The notes below the pieces were generated by a model. That model saw only the letters and a list, made by a program, of their open reading frames with translations. It made no database searches and had not been told where the DNA came from. Positions 35,422 through 49,991 of a DNA stretch of 64,000 nt are shown piece after piece; the stretch's first letter is position 1; each line of letters starts with the position of its first letter. Source of the DNA: Chlorokybus atmophyticus (taxonomy: Eukaryota; Plantae; Mesostigma and Chlorokybus algae); NCBI GenBank assembly GCA_009103225.1, contig RHPI01000890.1:213579-277578 (forward strand), in the 5' to 3' direction. The translations under genes and the position numbers were made by a program.

Positions 35422-38400
35422 TTACTTAAACCCTATGATTATCGCTACAAACGCCACCAAAATACCAACCGCAAAGGCATCGGTGACCCACTTCTCCCGC
35501 TTGTAGCGGGGTTTGGGCCGCAACGGGCGCACGCTTTCCTTGCCGCCTTTGCTACTGTTGATGCTATGAATGCTACCGCTGTCTCCCCCCAACTCAACAC
35601 TATCCCACCCCCCTTCATGAGACTTGGGTTCTGCTGCTGCAAGCAGTCCGCTGCGCTCTTCACCCTTGCGCCCGCTGCTGCTGCCATGTCTACTATTATT
35701 ACTATTACCGTGGCCGTTGGTGGCGTGAGGCTCGCCTACAGAGGCAATGCTGGTTATATGCGAGGCATGGTTGATACTCATGGCCAGCTCGATCTCCGCG
35801 GCGTTCTCGTCCTCGGCCAGCAACTTGTGCACGCCCTCCGTGGAAGTGTCGCCACGAACGGACCAGTCTGAGAAGCGGCTCAAACCCTCATCGGGATCAT
35901 CCTCCCTCATCAACAGACCGTAAAGGCCTTTGTGATAGATAAGCGCCGTGTGCCGATCCTGGAGATGAACCATCAATGTCAAGACCACCCCAAAACTACA
36001 TATTTACAACTGCAGCCTCAGCAAAGCAACCGCATGCAATTGTCATTGCTAACACTCTTGCCTGCTCAGCTTCTGGGCGGGGGAACACAAAGCTTATCGC
36101 AAGGATGATGGTGCTTGTGAAGGCAAAGTTGATTGATGCAAAGTGCAGGAAATTGATGCTCGCCAGGCCCGGCAAGATTAGATCAGTCCGCCCGCTCGTG
36201 GTGCGCAACTCGTTAATGATCTCCAAAACAAAGCGAGCCAAGCCAGCCGCAACACCACATGTGAGGCCGATGCTCCCCGCGACAGCGTTCACACGCTTCC
36301 ACAGCATGCCCCATAGAAACAACGCAAAGATGGGCGGCGCAACAAATGCGGGGGGCTTCTGAATGTACAAAAAGAGCTGATCGCCCAGCAGCGGGATGAA
36401 AGGGAGCCACAGGATGGAAAGCATGGCCACCACCACGACAGTCAACCGGCCCATCCAAACCAGCTCCCTTTCTGTTGTGTAACGCTGTAACAGAATACAA
36501 TGGTGTGAGTCATGCACATGCACTAGGAACTGTTGAACTTTCACAATGTCTGTATGTGCACATATTGATGTGTGCACGCGCATGCGAACACACACATCAA
36601 CATCAAGGTGTACACATGCCTTGTAACGCTGATAGATGTTGATGGTAAAAAGCGTGGCAGAGGAGTTGAACACCGAAGCCAAGCTGCTCATGAGTGCGCT
36701 GATCATCGCGGCGACAAGCAACCCTCTGGAGTTTGGAGGCATAACTGCACAGTGCTTTACAAGTCAGATTGGCTTTTCGGATGCCACGACGCAAGAGATC
36801 GCCTTACCATTCATGACCATCCAAGGAAACGCCTTATCAAACTCTGGCCTTGCGCTCGACATCGTGACAACGCCGCGTTCCTCCATGAGAGACCGCGCAA
36901 TCATCCCCGGTAGCACCATGATGAAACCCGGCAGCAGCTGCCAAACATAAATATTGAGAACCATGGACGCGCATGCAAACTTATGCGCACGCGCAGGCCC
37001 ACGGGGCCACCCACCCACCAATCCCCAGATGCATCAACACTTTGGAGGACTTTTGTTGACCTTCAGTCATGCTGTGCGCACACACGCATGCGAGAGCACC
37101 ATTTTCATGACAATGCAGCGCGCATCCAGATCTCACCTTCAACATGGCACCCCCAACGCACCCGCCTCGGCCATGCTCAATGTTCTTCGCAGCAAGAGCG
37201 CGCTGCACAATGACCTGCAGACAGCAAGGCCAACGTTCATATGCAACGCGGGCTTGTCTTTTGCTACAACAATGACATGAAGTTCACAAAACTGGGCAAA
37301 CCTGATCGCACGCCCAGTACCATAAGCTCACAGTGTAGTACCCAAAAACAAATCCCGTCCATGGAAACTGTGGGTCCTTTGCTGACCTAAGGTTATCAAC
37401 ATCATCAAGAGACGGTTGTAGCAAAAATATCAACAACTACTGATCTCTGCGTGTCCGTACCGCAACAGTTGGAAGTAAGCCGGGTCCAAGTGTGAAAGGC
37501 GTGCTTTGAGGCCGGACAACCCGTCCACTGCAGACAGGCCAACCCCAAGCATTGCGAGGCCGCCAGCAACCAACACGACTGTCTGCAGCGCCTCCGTATA
37601 GATTACAGCAGCAAGGCCACCAAGCACAGTGTACACGGCTGTCGCGAGGATCAGAAGCAGTGTAGCCAACAAGCCGTTTATGTCCGTCAGCTGTTCAAGT
37701 AGCGTGTGAGGTTTGCTGATGAGTTTGCTGGTACTGACATCAAGCATGCTAGTATGTTGGTTTACCGCGGAGATGAGGATCTGGCCCGCGTAGAGGGTGG
37801 CGGATATCTTTGTGAAGACGTAGAGTATGAGTGAGAGGACTACCAAGAATGTGCGGCAGTAACCGTTGTAGCGCCGCTCGACCCAGTCTGGCATGGTTGT
37901 TACAACCGCCGTCATGTATACCGGGAGGAAGAAATAGCCGAGAGCCAACAAACAAGGCATTGCCCCCCATTCATACCTGTTTGGTCAACGTGTGAACACA
38001 CGTACGAACGTACAGATGTGAACATGTACATTGCAGCTGGCAGTTTGCTGCTGCAAACATACCAGCCTACAGCGATGCCAGAGTGTGCGGCGGTGCCAGC
38101 GAGTCCAACAAAGTGTTCCGCGCCGATGTTGGAGGCAAAGAGTGACGCCGCCACTGCCCACCACGGCACAGAACGCTCAGCCAGAAAGTACGCGTCGCCA
38201 TCGCTCCTCTCCGCCTGCTGAGTAACCTGCGCGGGCATCAACTCATGTTGGGCAAAATAACAGTTGCACCAAAACTTGTACAGCTGCAGCCGTGCATCAG
38301 GAACTGTAAAGATTAGTGCTGTTGTCGCCTGCTTGTAGTGCATACATGCGGGAAGCTACTCAATGTTATGGCAGAGTTTAACTCAGCTCAGCAAGCATTC

Positions 38401-39200
38401 GGGTGTTTGATCAGCACAAGTTGTACTGTACCATGGCTAAGCCTGCCTCACAACTGCGGACGCTGATTTGGTCCATGCACTGCATAGTTGTACAACCAGT
38501 AGTACTCGGATGAAGGGTTTTCTGGTGTACACATCAAAGCTTAGGGAAGGATGTGACCTTAACTTCAACGCGACAGCAACAAGATCAAGCTGAGAGACTA
38601 AGCAATAAAACAGGTGCAAACTGTGCTGAGTTGCAGCTTGTTGTATGTGTAAACAATGAAGCTTGCTCTCACTAGCAAGCGGACTCGTTGTGTGCGAGCC
38701 GGCTGTTGCATGTTAGCAACTCAATCGCATGCTTGAGGACACGCATGTGCGTTTGTGCGCGTGCGCATGCGTGCACCCTCGCAGATCTGGAGTTTAGTAG
38801 GCTGACTGAGATGATGGAACTGACAGCCGTATTTTGCAACCTAGTGAGTGGTGAAGAACAGGACAATCTCGCAAGGGTGTTGTCAAGCAACAGTGCGCTA
38901 TCTGAAAAGCTTGTTTGCAATGGCAGCTGCTAGCAAACATGCTGCAAGGAAAAGTTTCTTCAACACTATCACTATGTCACAGCCACTGGCACGTGACATG
39001 CGCGCCCTGTCAGTTCAAAGCACAGCTGGTTGCGTCATGCCACACCCTACCTGGCGTTTGGAAATGGCAAAGCTGAGGCCAGCCAGCACAGCAAAGTAGA
39101 CCACAAGCGTGAGGATGTCGCCCCAGTGAAAGACCCCGCCGCCATCGCCAACCTCAGGCGCCAGGCTGGGCGCAGGGGAAGGACCATACTGACTATGCAT
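35422..39200 (-). CDS. Sodium:solute symporter (SSS/SLC5), SGLT/myo-inositol transporter-like, multi-exon
   Basis: [43 protein letters not shown]|[35 protein letters not shown]...WYWACDQ|[32 protein letters not shown] and ELVWMGR; many hydrophobic helices. Confidence 0.95.
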
Positions 39201-39910
39201 TGTCTGCGTATTTCTCCCTTGCCACTCTCAACGCCGATGAATGGCCAACACTGCGCTTGTATGACGGAGGTCTACACCAACCACAAGTACACTACCACCA
39301 CGAAGCTCGCCCATAGCGTGATCCAACACAATTACACAAATTTCGATCACGAAGACTAGCAGTGAGTCTCCCGCCTCTGACTGAGTGATTGATTTGAGAG
39401 TGTGCAATAAGCTGGTGGCAAGCTGACCAGCGGAGGCTGGCTAGGACAGCAAGCTGTCAGCAAGCTGGCGTGCAAGGCACTGCTGGCAGGACGCCACGAA
39501 CCAGTGACACCAAGAGCTGCCTATCAGCTGATCTGCGCTGGAGTTGAGCTTGAATTAGAGTTCACGACACCAAGGAACAACAACCTAAATGACGCCTCTA
39601 CCTCCGCCTCGTCCTCCACGGCCTCCGCTGCTGCCAGCTGTGTGCCGCAACGACGACGGTTTGCACCCAGCATGCTGCATCGTATCCAGACACATTGTGC
39701 ACGCAGCAACACAGACACCAGTCGGACACGCTTCTCATGCATACGTTTCTCAATGAACTTCGCACACTTGCCCGCAGCATATTCTTATAGAGGTCTCATT
39801 TGGCATCGCTATAACAGTTAGCTCACGTGTGCGTGTCTGCGCATGTCGGCATCAGCGTCGTCGTCGGCGGCGGCGTAGCTGGCGGCGGCGGGGGGGTGAG
39901 AACCTTTGTA

Positions 39911-40596
39911 ATGGCGAGATCACTGAGCTCATCTGTGTACGCTGCGGCCTTTGGAGGTGGTGATGCGCTGAGCAGAGCAGCGCCGCAGCCTGGCCGTCGT
40001 GTGCGGGCGGCGGCGGCGGCCGCAGGCAATGCGGGAGGAGAGCAGGGCAGTCAATGGCGTGGGTTCTTTACGCCAGAAGGTGTTTTAATGTTCGCTTTGG
40101 ATGTTCAAACGGCCTCCCTGCTCGCCTTCACGATCTCTGTGCATAAGTTGCGTGTCCGATTGGCTGAAATGGCTGAAGTCAGCAAAAAGGCATGGTGCAT
40201 CAAGCTGCGTTGTCATGCGCATTGTGACATGAATCCTGTCACATGACACTGGCATTAACATGATATACATTCCGTGGCATTCACATGTCCGACGTTGGGG
40301 TGGAGCACTTATGTGAGAAGCAATCATGTAAGAAATGTGAGATGATGGACATTGGGTGCGTCAAGCTGCATTTGTGTGCATTGTGACTTGTGACACATGC
40401 GTCCACATGATGTCTGTTCGGTAGCTTTGATAGAGTAGACCATAAGATGGAGCAATTCGGTGTGGACTTTCACAAGAGGATAGAGCAATTCGGGCAGAAT
40501 TCTGACAATGGGATGCAGCAAGTCCGGGAAAATTCTGACGCACACGTGGACGAGGTGCGCCAGCTGTTGCTTGAGCAAGCGCGAAAAGACTACTGA
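39911..40596 (+). CDS. Small hypothetical protein with transit-peptide-like N-terminus (two putative exons)
   Basis: MARSLSSSVYAAAF...RRVRAAAAAA...WRGFFTPEGVLMFALDVQTASLLAFTISVHKLRVRLAEMAE, then a coiled-coil-like exon MEQFGVDFHKRIEQFG...ARKDY*. The acceptor site is uncertain. Confidence 0.4.
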
Positions 40597-42203
40597 AGTG
40601 CACAAGGCCGATTGCATTCATCTGTTGTTGTACAACTCCGGTATGCGGACACAGACTAGACCCTGTTATCTTTCAATCTAGCTGATAGATTAGCTCACGC
40701 AGAGCGTGTCCATCCAGTGACAGGTTTTCTGTCACACGAGACTACTCTAGTAGAGTTGTCCAGTAGGTTAGGTTTCCTCTTTTGAGTTGGCGTCTAATTG
40801 TGGCTGATGCAGCAGTTGAGCCCTGTTTGCCCCAATAGTGCCGGGCGTCATGTCGTACAGATCAAAGCGCATGGCCAGGCCGGCAAAGAGAAAGCCGCCA
40901 GTGATGCCCCATGCATCGAGTGTTGTGTACTTTCGCACCCAACGCTTGTGTGCTCGCAGACATGCAGAGCGTTGTTAAGCACACAGAAAGTCAAAACCGC
41001 ACACACCCAAATGTGTGATCTGGTGCATACAAAGATACATGTACTTGTGCAAACTGGTGTGACTGACCTTAGCAAAGATCCTGATTTCTGGTCAAGTTTG
41101 GGAATAGGAATATGTTGATGGCCCCACCGTCTGCCAACACGGCCAACTCTTGATTGATTCAACCTGCATACATCGTTTCATCATCATAAAGTAACACAAA
41201 AGACATGTTGCAAAGGCTTGCCAAGTCGCATCGCACTACCCCACGCGCGCCTCTCGTCCTCAATCAATAGCAACTTGTGCTCGTCGCAGATGGTTTGCAT
41301 GTGTCCATGGCGGCGTAAGGAGGTCACCTTCCAATGCAGGCTCCATGGTGCCAGCAGCTGCAGCCGCGAGAAAAACCAGTCAGTGCATGCAATGCAATCG
41401 TTATTGATCATGTCGTGAACTGTGCATGTTCGGTATGTACGCTGACAACACAACTCCGCTCTGTTTCCTAACTGCACAAACTGGTCTCTTGCGTACATCG
41501 AACCAGAACTTATACCGCTGACCTGAATGCTGGAATCGGCGCAGACTCAGAGTCACGACGGTTTGATATGGGCGGTGAGCAGGCGGCTGGTCGACGCGCG
41601 TACTCCCGCGGCCGGCCCTCGCATGCAGGTTTTCAAAGCCATATGCACGCGGTTCAACCTTGCCATCAAAGAAAATGAACAGGTGCGTGCGTGTGAGCAG
41701 AGCCATTGCGTGCTTTTCTCGTTGCGTGCTCATTCTGAGCATGTGTACTGTACATTGGACTGCTTTTTATCCTCTGTCTTTGCGCCATCAATTGAGCTAC
41801 ACTCCATGCGCCGAGGTATCGCCCTCTCTCCAGTAGTAGTCTTGATCTCAGGTCCTCTTGTTCTGTGTGCATGCATCTGTGTATACTGGTAGCGACCCAG
41901 CTAATCTATGCAACGCGTGTAGCAAGACTGCATGAACTCTTCTTACCTTTGCTGAACGGAGGTTGTGTCGGTGGGGGAGCAGCTGTCGTTTGTGTGGTCG
42001 CTGCTGCGGACAAGCTTGTGTGCATAGTAGCTATGTGCCATTGCTTGAGACAGCTCTCTCTGCTTTGCTCCCTTTCTTCATGGTGCACTGTGTGGTTTGG
42101 CTGATGGATGTTTGTGGGAGGGAGAGTGAGTGAGTTGCAGTGAGTTGTAGCATACTCAGCCGGATCAGACGCACACGGTGAGGCAGACAGACCATACCAA
42201 AGC

Positions 42204-42912
<709 letters not shown>

Positions 42913-43975
42913 NTGTAAGCGCACATGTCGTATTACTGTGCATGCCACACACTCGCACCGTGCAACCTAACAGTTTGTGGATTACTAGCATGTCCTCCGT
43001 TCAATTGAACGCGTGTGCGCGCGCGCATGTACCAACCGCGTGCAGGACGCACCGTCGTCGTTGTGGTGATGCATTGTCATCGATCGCGACAGCATCGGTC
43101 TCGAGTGGCACAAAGCCTTTCCCCTCAGTAAGCGCAGCTTGAGCTGGCAGAATGACGAGTTTGCTGAAGTGTGTAGCGCGCATGGTAACAGGAGTGCCCT
43201 CTCTTTTATCAGACGCTGAAGGAAAGTACACAATCAAACAATGGTGCTGCTGCACTTCCCACTCGCGTCGTGCACAGTGATCCCTCACCGTCATCTCCGC
43301 TGTCGTGGCTGCGAACGCAACACAAGCATAACACAACAGTACCACTGGTAGGGTGGACACACGCACACTTACGGGAGTGACTGCACTCATACTTACATTC
43401 GGGCTTCACATACCCCAAATGGGGCGGGACACACTCACATGCAAGTTGGGCAGCAGTACCCATTTGTCTTGTGAACTCTCCCCCTTTGCAGTGATTGTGT
43501 CCTGTCCCAAAGTGGCGCAGCAGCAAGGTCAAGGTCCCCTCCACCCACACCACAACAACGGTGCGGGTCGACACGTACGACACACGCGTGCGTGTCTGCA
43601 AGAACATGGATGTGGATGTGCCTGTGCATGCGTGTGCATGCCATCATGTGTGCAGAACCAATGCCATGCAGCTACAAGCGACGTTGCTGTTGCAGAGGGT
43701 CATCAACGCGGTGGTGATGACAGTTTTCGACACTCGTTGCCCACTACACACGCGATGCGTTTGAGCACATACATACGCACGCACGCACGCTTTGTCCATC
43801 ATTGTTGGTGACCGCGCATGTGTTGATGCTTTCTCATACATGGCCAGCAGAAGAGGCGACGACAGAGGAGCCAGTGGTGATGTCGCCGCGGTGGCGGCAA
43901 TGGTCTGGCAGCTCTGCGCACGACTCGTCTCACGCTTCTCACATGAGTGTGCCACACGGCGTGCGTGTGTCACAG

Positions 43976-44239
43976 GGTTGTGTTGGGAGGCGCGCATCGG
44001 TCAGCTCTCTCCTCGGCAAAAAACAAATACCGCTACTTGGGGCTGTATGACACTGAGGAGGAGGCAGCCGCCTACGGTGTGGAAGCCATTAGGTAGCCGT
44101 TGTATGCAAGTGTGAGTCCGTTTATCCATTCAGTAGTGCTGTGTGCACTTATCTAAAGAAGCATTGAGACGTGATCTGACTGTATGCGCAGGCAACGCGG
44201 GGCCGGAGGCTGTCACCAGCTTCAAGATTTATAAGACAG
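43976..44239 (+). pseudogene. Frameshifted AP2 DNA-binding domain (euAP2 second-repeat-like)
   Basis: WEARIGQ / LLGKK / YRYLGLYDTEEEAAAY in shifting frames, then an intron and GNAGPEAVTSF. This matches the AP2 consensus WEAR.GQ.LGKKY.YLGL.D.E.EAARAYD...NG..AVTNF. Confidence 0.7.
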
Positions 44240-47200
44240 GTGAGAATGCATGCACAACAGTGCTGCACAACAGTCCACTCTGGCACACACGCGCACGAAG
44301 CCGTTGGATGTTGGGTTTGTTGTTGTTGTGATTTGTCTCTCTCTGACTCACCCCTTAACGTCGTTCTATAGTTTGCTACTCTCCTGCGGGAGTGCGGGTA
44401 CGCCGTCCAGCCCAGCTGCTGTGTGTGTGTGTGAGACGGCTGCAACTACGACCAACATGCAGGATGCATGCTCCCTCACCTGGCCTTGCCAACAACAACA
44501 ACAACAGCCCTTCAATCCTCCGCCCTGCCTGCCGCGTTGACAGCGAAATGACGCATGCTTCGCAAGCGCACTGAAGACATGCAAAGAGAGCAAAGGTGAG
44601 CACGCACGCATACACACAAAGACACATACACACAGTTGGAGACGCACACGCACATGTGCAAGAAGTGGTGCCATGTCGGGTGTAGGGTCGACGCCATGGC
44701 TGAGATGATGGGTTATTGTGGGTTTCACTGATGCTCATTTTGTACCTTAGCTATGAGTTTGTGTCTGAGCCATGGGATTCTGGGGGAATCACCAACAAGT
44801 TGAACACGCCCAGTGTGTACAACGCTGCGCATTAATCCAACCTCATTCAGGAGCAGACGGTCTCGCATCGCATCAGTGGTCTCACATGCGCGCTGTGGGC
44901 AGTAGGTTCATGAGTGTAGGATACATCGGGATGCGTGTCATTCGCTAATTTGCTGTACAGCAATAGCTGTATAGTAGATGTGTTTCAGTTGACTGAAACA
45001 CATCAACTAGCGTCATACGACTGTTGTGTATAGTGCAGACCGTCAGCTGCAGAAACCAAAACAAACCTGACTGCTGCGTACGTGGTGTTCTCTCCTGTTG
45101 GTCATTCTCAGTTTTGATATTGTAGTCGGATTTGGTTCGCGGAAAGGAAACCAATCGTCTAATTTCGTGGTTGGTCATTGACGGCAAACATGCATGCTGA
45201 TCATGTGGGTGAGCTATGCCTCTGTTTGCTCCATTGCGTGTTGAACAGTACGCTGGCGTTGGGGGTAAAGCCTTGCACAACGATTCATGGCTGTCACTGA
45301 TGCGCAGCGCAGCGCAGTCAGTGGCATGCAAGCAAACCAGCGTGAAATACGACATCACATGACGGTACCACCATTGTCTGCAACTACTGCTGTCGTGTTG
45401 CCACTTTGTTGTCACTGACGTTGTGTGTTATTAAGTGTTGAGAGTACATGCGCCCCAGGCAAGATGCAGTCCACATGCACAACAACATACGCACGACATT
45501 CAAGATGGTTTTGAAAACACTGCACAACGGTGTACAGTCAGTCACACCAGCCGACGTCATCAAAGCAACACACAGTTACACTTTTTGCCAGAGAGGTATA
45601 CGCATCCGCACGGTGATGCATGGTGTCTATTGACGAAACCAATAGAGAAGGAAGGAAGCCATTCTGCTGTGTTCTGTCTGTCTGCCAACCGACTGATTCA
45701 CCAGAGCAGGGCTGGACCCAAACCGAGCCTGCATTATGCAGGCTTATGCGCATGGGATGGATGAAACGAATACTACTACAACTGGATGGCTGGAGGGTCA
45801 TGCCGGGAGGCTCGTTGTACAGAGCGGTGTCCCTGTCCCGGTGCAACGTCAAACCCACATTGACGAGGTGAAGTTGTACAGATGTCTGCCGCGATCAAGC
45901 CACCCCATCTGGCATGTGTGAATGCCGTACGCATACACACATGCTCCTCAACCACGACCGCAGAGTGCGCGGTCATGCCCTTTGTGATGATGAGCGTCAC
46001 AAAGGTTTTGTCCTGAAGCAACGCACAACGCTTGTTAGCGACACACACACACCGACAAACAACAAGCAAGTGATTGGCAGTGCAGCACGCAACACCCACC
46101 TCAGTCTCACTGTTGTTGTTGTTGTTGCATTTTATGGGAGTATCAGTCTCCAGAGGCCGTTTGTACTCATACGCACTGCACTCGCCAGCAAAGGTGTACT
46201 GATCTGAGTCTTGAACGAGGGACTGCGACTATGGCCCTGCCTTGCTGGAGGCGTGTGGGGCTGTCTCCAACCAGAGCCCACTCAGCAGTAGCCAACAGGT
46301 TGTAAAGGACGCTCGGCACGTACTTCATGTGACAGCGATGGCGTCCCAGTACTTGTTGCCTTGCTGAGAAGTTGGAAACAAGCATGCCGCCACGGCTGAA
46401 GATGTTGCTCGTTGAGGGTGCTGCTAGGGAGCCTTGCGGCCATGCATGCCTTCAACGTATACATGGTCAGGAAGCTGTGCTGTTGCTGTACCAACCTGGT
46501 GAACGTTGGGCGCCCCCGCCTTTCTCCACGGGTGAGACATCGCGTACATGTCGTGCGCGGCACTTGTGTACAGGAGCTGAGCGCATCGAACAATGGCAAC
46601 CGAGGTTGGCTGTTGTCAATGCCGGCGTCCACCGCAGCTGAGTGCTCGAAGCGCTCGGCTGGCAGGGAGGGTGCACACTGTCGACCTTCCTCCCGGCACC
46701 TACAAAGACATGGTGAAGGGCCAAGTGGTCAAGTGATGAGTTCGCAGCTGGTCTAGTTCCTCCTCAACACACACTGCTTCATTTACATCTACCGAGTAGA
46801 AGCCGGATGGAGGGCACATCAGGAACACATCGCGGCAGTGCTGGTCTCATCGCTAACCGCTGTTGCCGCCAGTGACATCGAGCATCAAGCGCGTCCACCA
46901 GCGCGTGTTGTTGACGAGGGGGGCATGAGGTTGGAGTTGGCGTCCTTCAGCAGGCACACACCACGACAGACGTGTGGAGGCACCTGCCTGAATGTGTTCC
47001 CCCGTCGTGGCTGCCGAGCACACAGCAGTGTCTGAGCTTAGCTACTCCGTCGACGACTTCGTCTGGGTAGGGCGTTCGTCATGTCACAGAGTAGAGTACG
47101 GCTGGGGCTCCGGGCGCCGTAGACATTCTCCTTGAAGCCGCGGCATTGTCAATGCCGAAGGTGATGGGCTCTCCAGGTCGCACGGCCATCAAGGCACAGC

Positions 47201-47443
47201 GATCAGGGGAGGTGCCTGGAGGACGAAAAGCTCCCACAGAAGGGGGTCTTGCTTGCGGAGCTGCACAGGACGTCGCGCACGTGATGGTCAGGCCACTCTC
47301 TGGTGACGTGGCTGGCTGCCGCCGGGGGTTTCCGCCAAAGGCAGCTCTTTCTCGCCAAGGCAGGCCGCGCGCGAACAACACACAGGACATGGCTCTGGAG
47401 CTCCTCGCTGATGCTGCTGCATTCGAGTCCACCAAGTACGCGC

Positions 47444-47445
<2 letters not shown>

Positions 47446-47492
<47 letters not shown>

Positions 47493-47701
47493 NNNNNNNN
47501 NNNNNNNNNNNNNNNNNNNNNNNNNNNNNNNNNNNNNNNNNNNNNNNNNNNNNNNNNNNNNNNNNNNNNNNNNNNNNNNNNNNNNNNNNNNNNNNNNNNN
47601 NNNNNNNNNNNNNNNNNNNNNNNNNNNNNNNNNNNNNNNNNNNNNNNNNNNNNNNNNNNNNNNNNNNNNNNNNNNNNNNNNNNNNNNNNNNNNNNNNNNN
47701 N

Positions 47702-47783
<82 letters not shown>
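47446..47783. repeat. (CT)n microsatellite spanning a gap (N 47493-47701)
   Basis: Direct reading. Confidence 0.95.
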
Positions 47784-47786
<3 letters not shown>

Positions 47787-49991
47787 CCTGGTTGGCGTGT
47801 GCACGCCACAGTTGGCGTACAGGACATCGCGTTGGTGACGGTGGTGATGCCCGCGCGGGGCAAGGTGAATGTGGGACATTGTGGCCCCGATCTTCCTCCA
47901 TGATGGCCCGACAGGTGCCGCAAACAACGTTGTTAGCGTCGAGTGGAAGGCAGCGGTACAAGGCAGCAATCAAGGGCTTGTTGTTGTTGTGCTTCGCGAG
48001 GGCGCCTCGCCGCTCGAGCGCACGTGGGCGGATGCGATAATCATCGATGATGATGGCGCGAAGAAGCTCCTCTGATACCTACCGACGGTGAACAGTGCAA
48101 TACATGCGCTCATGCATGTGCACACGCATGCACAGACGCGCTTGCGTGCTAGTCCATATCCCACACAGCTATCGTGTACACAGTGTGATCTACTTTACCC
48201 CGTGTTGTTGTTGTTGTTGTTGTTTTTGATTTTGCTCCGGTGAGAAACATAAATCAATTGATCAATTCAGAAGTTAGCATGAGGCTTACTGACCATCAAT
48301 GGCGCTGGCAACTGTAGCAGCAACAAGCCCCGCATTCAGTCCATCTCACAAAAGTCAACCAAGGGACACAATGCACAGCAAAGCTGCGAACGAGTCGAAC
48401 ATTGCTTGTGCGTGCGCGCACCTGTCTGCATGGCGTTATCGTCTTCTCATGCGCAGCTTCGCGTGCGGCGACCGCACTCATTATCATCAAACCGGGTGGG
48501 GTGCAGGCAAGCAACTTGCTGGGGATGGCGTGTCGGCATGGACGTGTGCGGCGACCGGGATGGGCTCAGCATCGTGTTGATGCACCGCGAGTGTAGTGTG
48601 GTTGTTTATGTGGACACTGTCAACAATCGTAGCGTCCTGGTTTCACGTGCTGGCATAGCGGATGCTGTTGCAACCGGTCCTCAGTTAAGCTTGCATGTGT
48701 GCGTACTCACGTGTGCGCTTGCGTGCTCGTACGCGTGTGCGCGCGCTTGATGCTATGGGCAGTTGGTAACGTGCCAAGTACCTGTTGTTCGTGGACTAAC
48801 GCCTAACCACTGTCTGACTCATCGGCTGCACCTCCTCCTAGCATCTTACCTGCAAGGGAGTGGAGTGAAAACTGAATGATGTAAGCAGGCATGCAAGCTT
48901 CTATTCCTATCAAGCAGGGATGGGAGAGCACATGCACAGCAACATGCACACAGACCTGATTCACGTCGCTGGGATGAGGTGGCATATCTTGGTCCCAAAC
49001 AACAGGCATGGTTGTCCTGGTTGTCACAGCTGGTGTCTATTGACAAATACAAAGGGTCGTGGGCTGATGGCGACTGGATACGCCATCTCCTAAAGGTGAC
49101 GTCACCCGAACATACGCCGTAACTGTACAACGTAGAATTTGTACAAGATTATTGCTGAATGGATGAAGACAATGGATGAAATGAAGCATGCATATGCAAC
49201 TCTACTGTTGATTATGCCTAGGCACTATTGATTTTACAAATCTGCGATACCGATAGTGCATATGCATAGCTCACTGTTACTGCCTATGCATGCTTAGCAT
49301 TGACTCAAATTCACATTGCCACGCTTGTGTATACATTCGTAAGATTGAATACTTGTATGCAGCGTAAGCACCCAGTCTTGTAAGCGTGGCCTTTGATTGA
49401 TGTGGTGTTTTCTCACATCCAAGCAATGAAAAGTTGTCAGCGTGCACATTGTGATTGATCACAAATCTATGTTATCAATGCACAGTCACCAATACCCCAA
49501 TCACGCATATAGTGCAGGTGCATGCTTACATGGCTAACGGGGTGGTAGGGGTAGTGTAGCGTGTTAGGCAGTGAATGAACCCGGTGGTCAACCTTACAAT
49601 GGTGATGTTGGTATGTGCTATGTCACTCGGCATCCTGCTGACTGTGCATGCCAGTATGCATGTGCATTTCTGTTTCGCATTGTTTGTACATAAGGTCACA
49701 TGGCAAATGCGACTGCAAAGCTAAGCTAGAATGATTGAGCACAAGCATACGGGCTGGCCCTTGGTAATCAACATGCACATGGGAAGGGGCTCGTATGTAG
49801 CTCCTCAAACCCTGCTTGCTGACAGTAGTATACTGCAGCAACCTTGCTCGGAATGTCTCTCACAACAATCCTCATTATTCTATGACAATAGGCCTAGACC
49901 AGCACACTGCTGCATCACGCGCACGACAAACCAACATGGGCTTGCAACTAGGCTGTACATCAAAAAGTCCGACACAGCAAGGTGGTGGTCA

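Noticed and set aside
36475-36630. 10-bp direct repeat CAGCGTTACA at both ends of a symporter intron, suggesting an introner TSD
   Set aside because: Spacing relative to SGLT proteins fits keeping both Arg-Tyr copies as coding sequence, so the repeat is explained by the protein.
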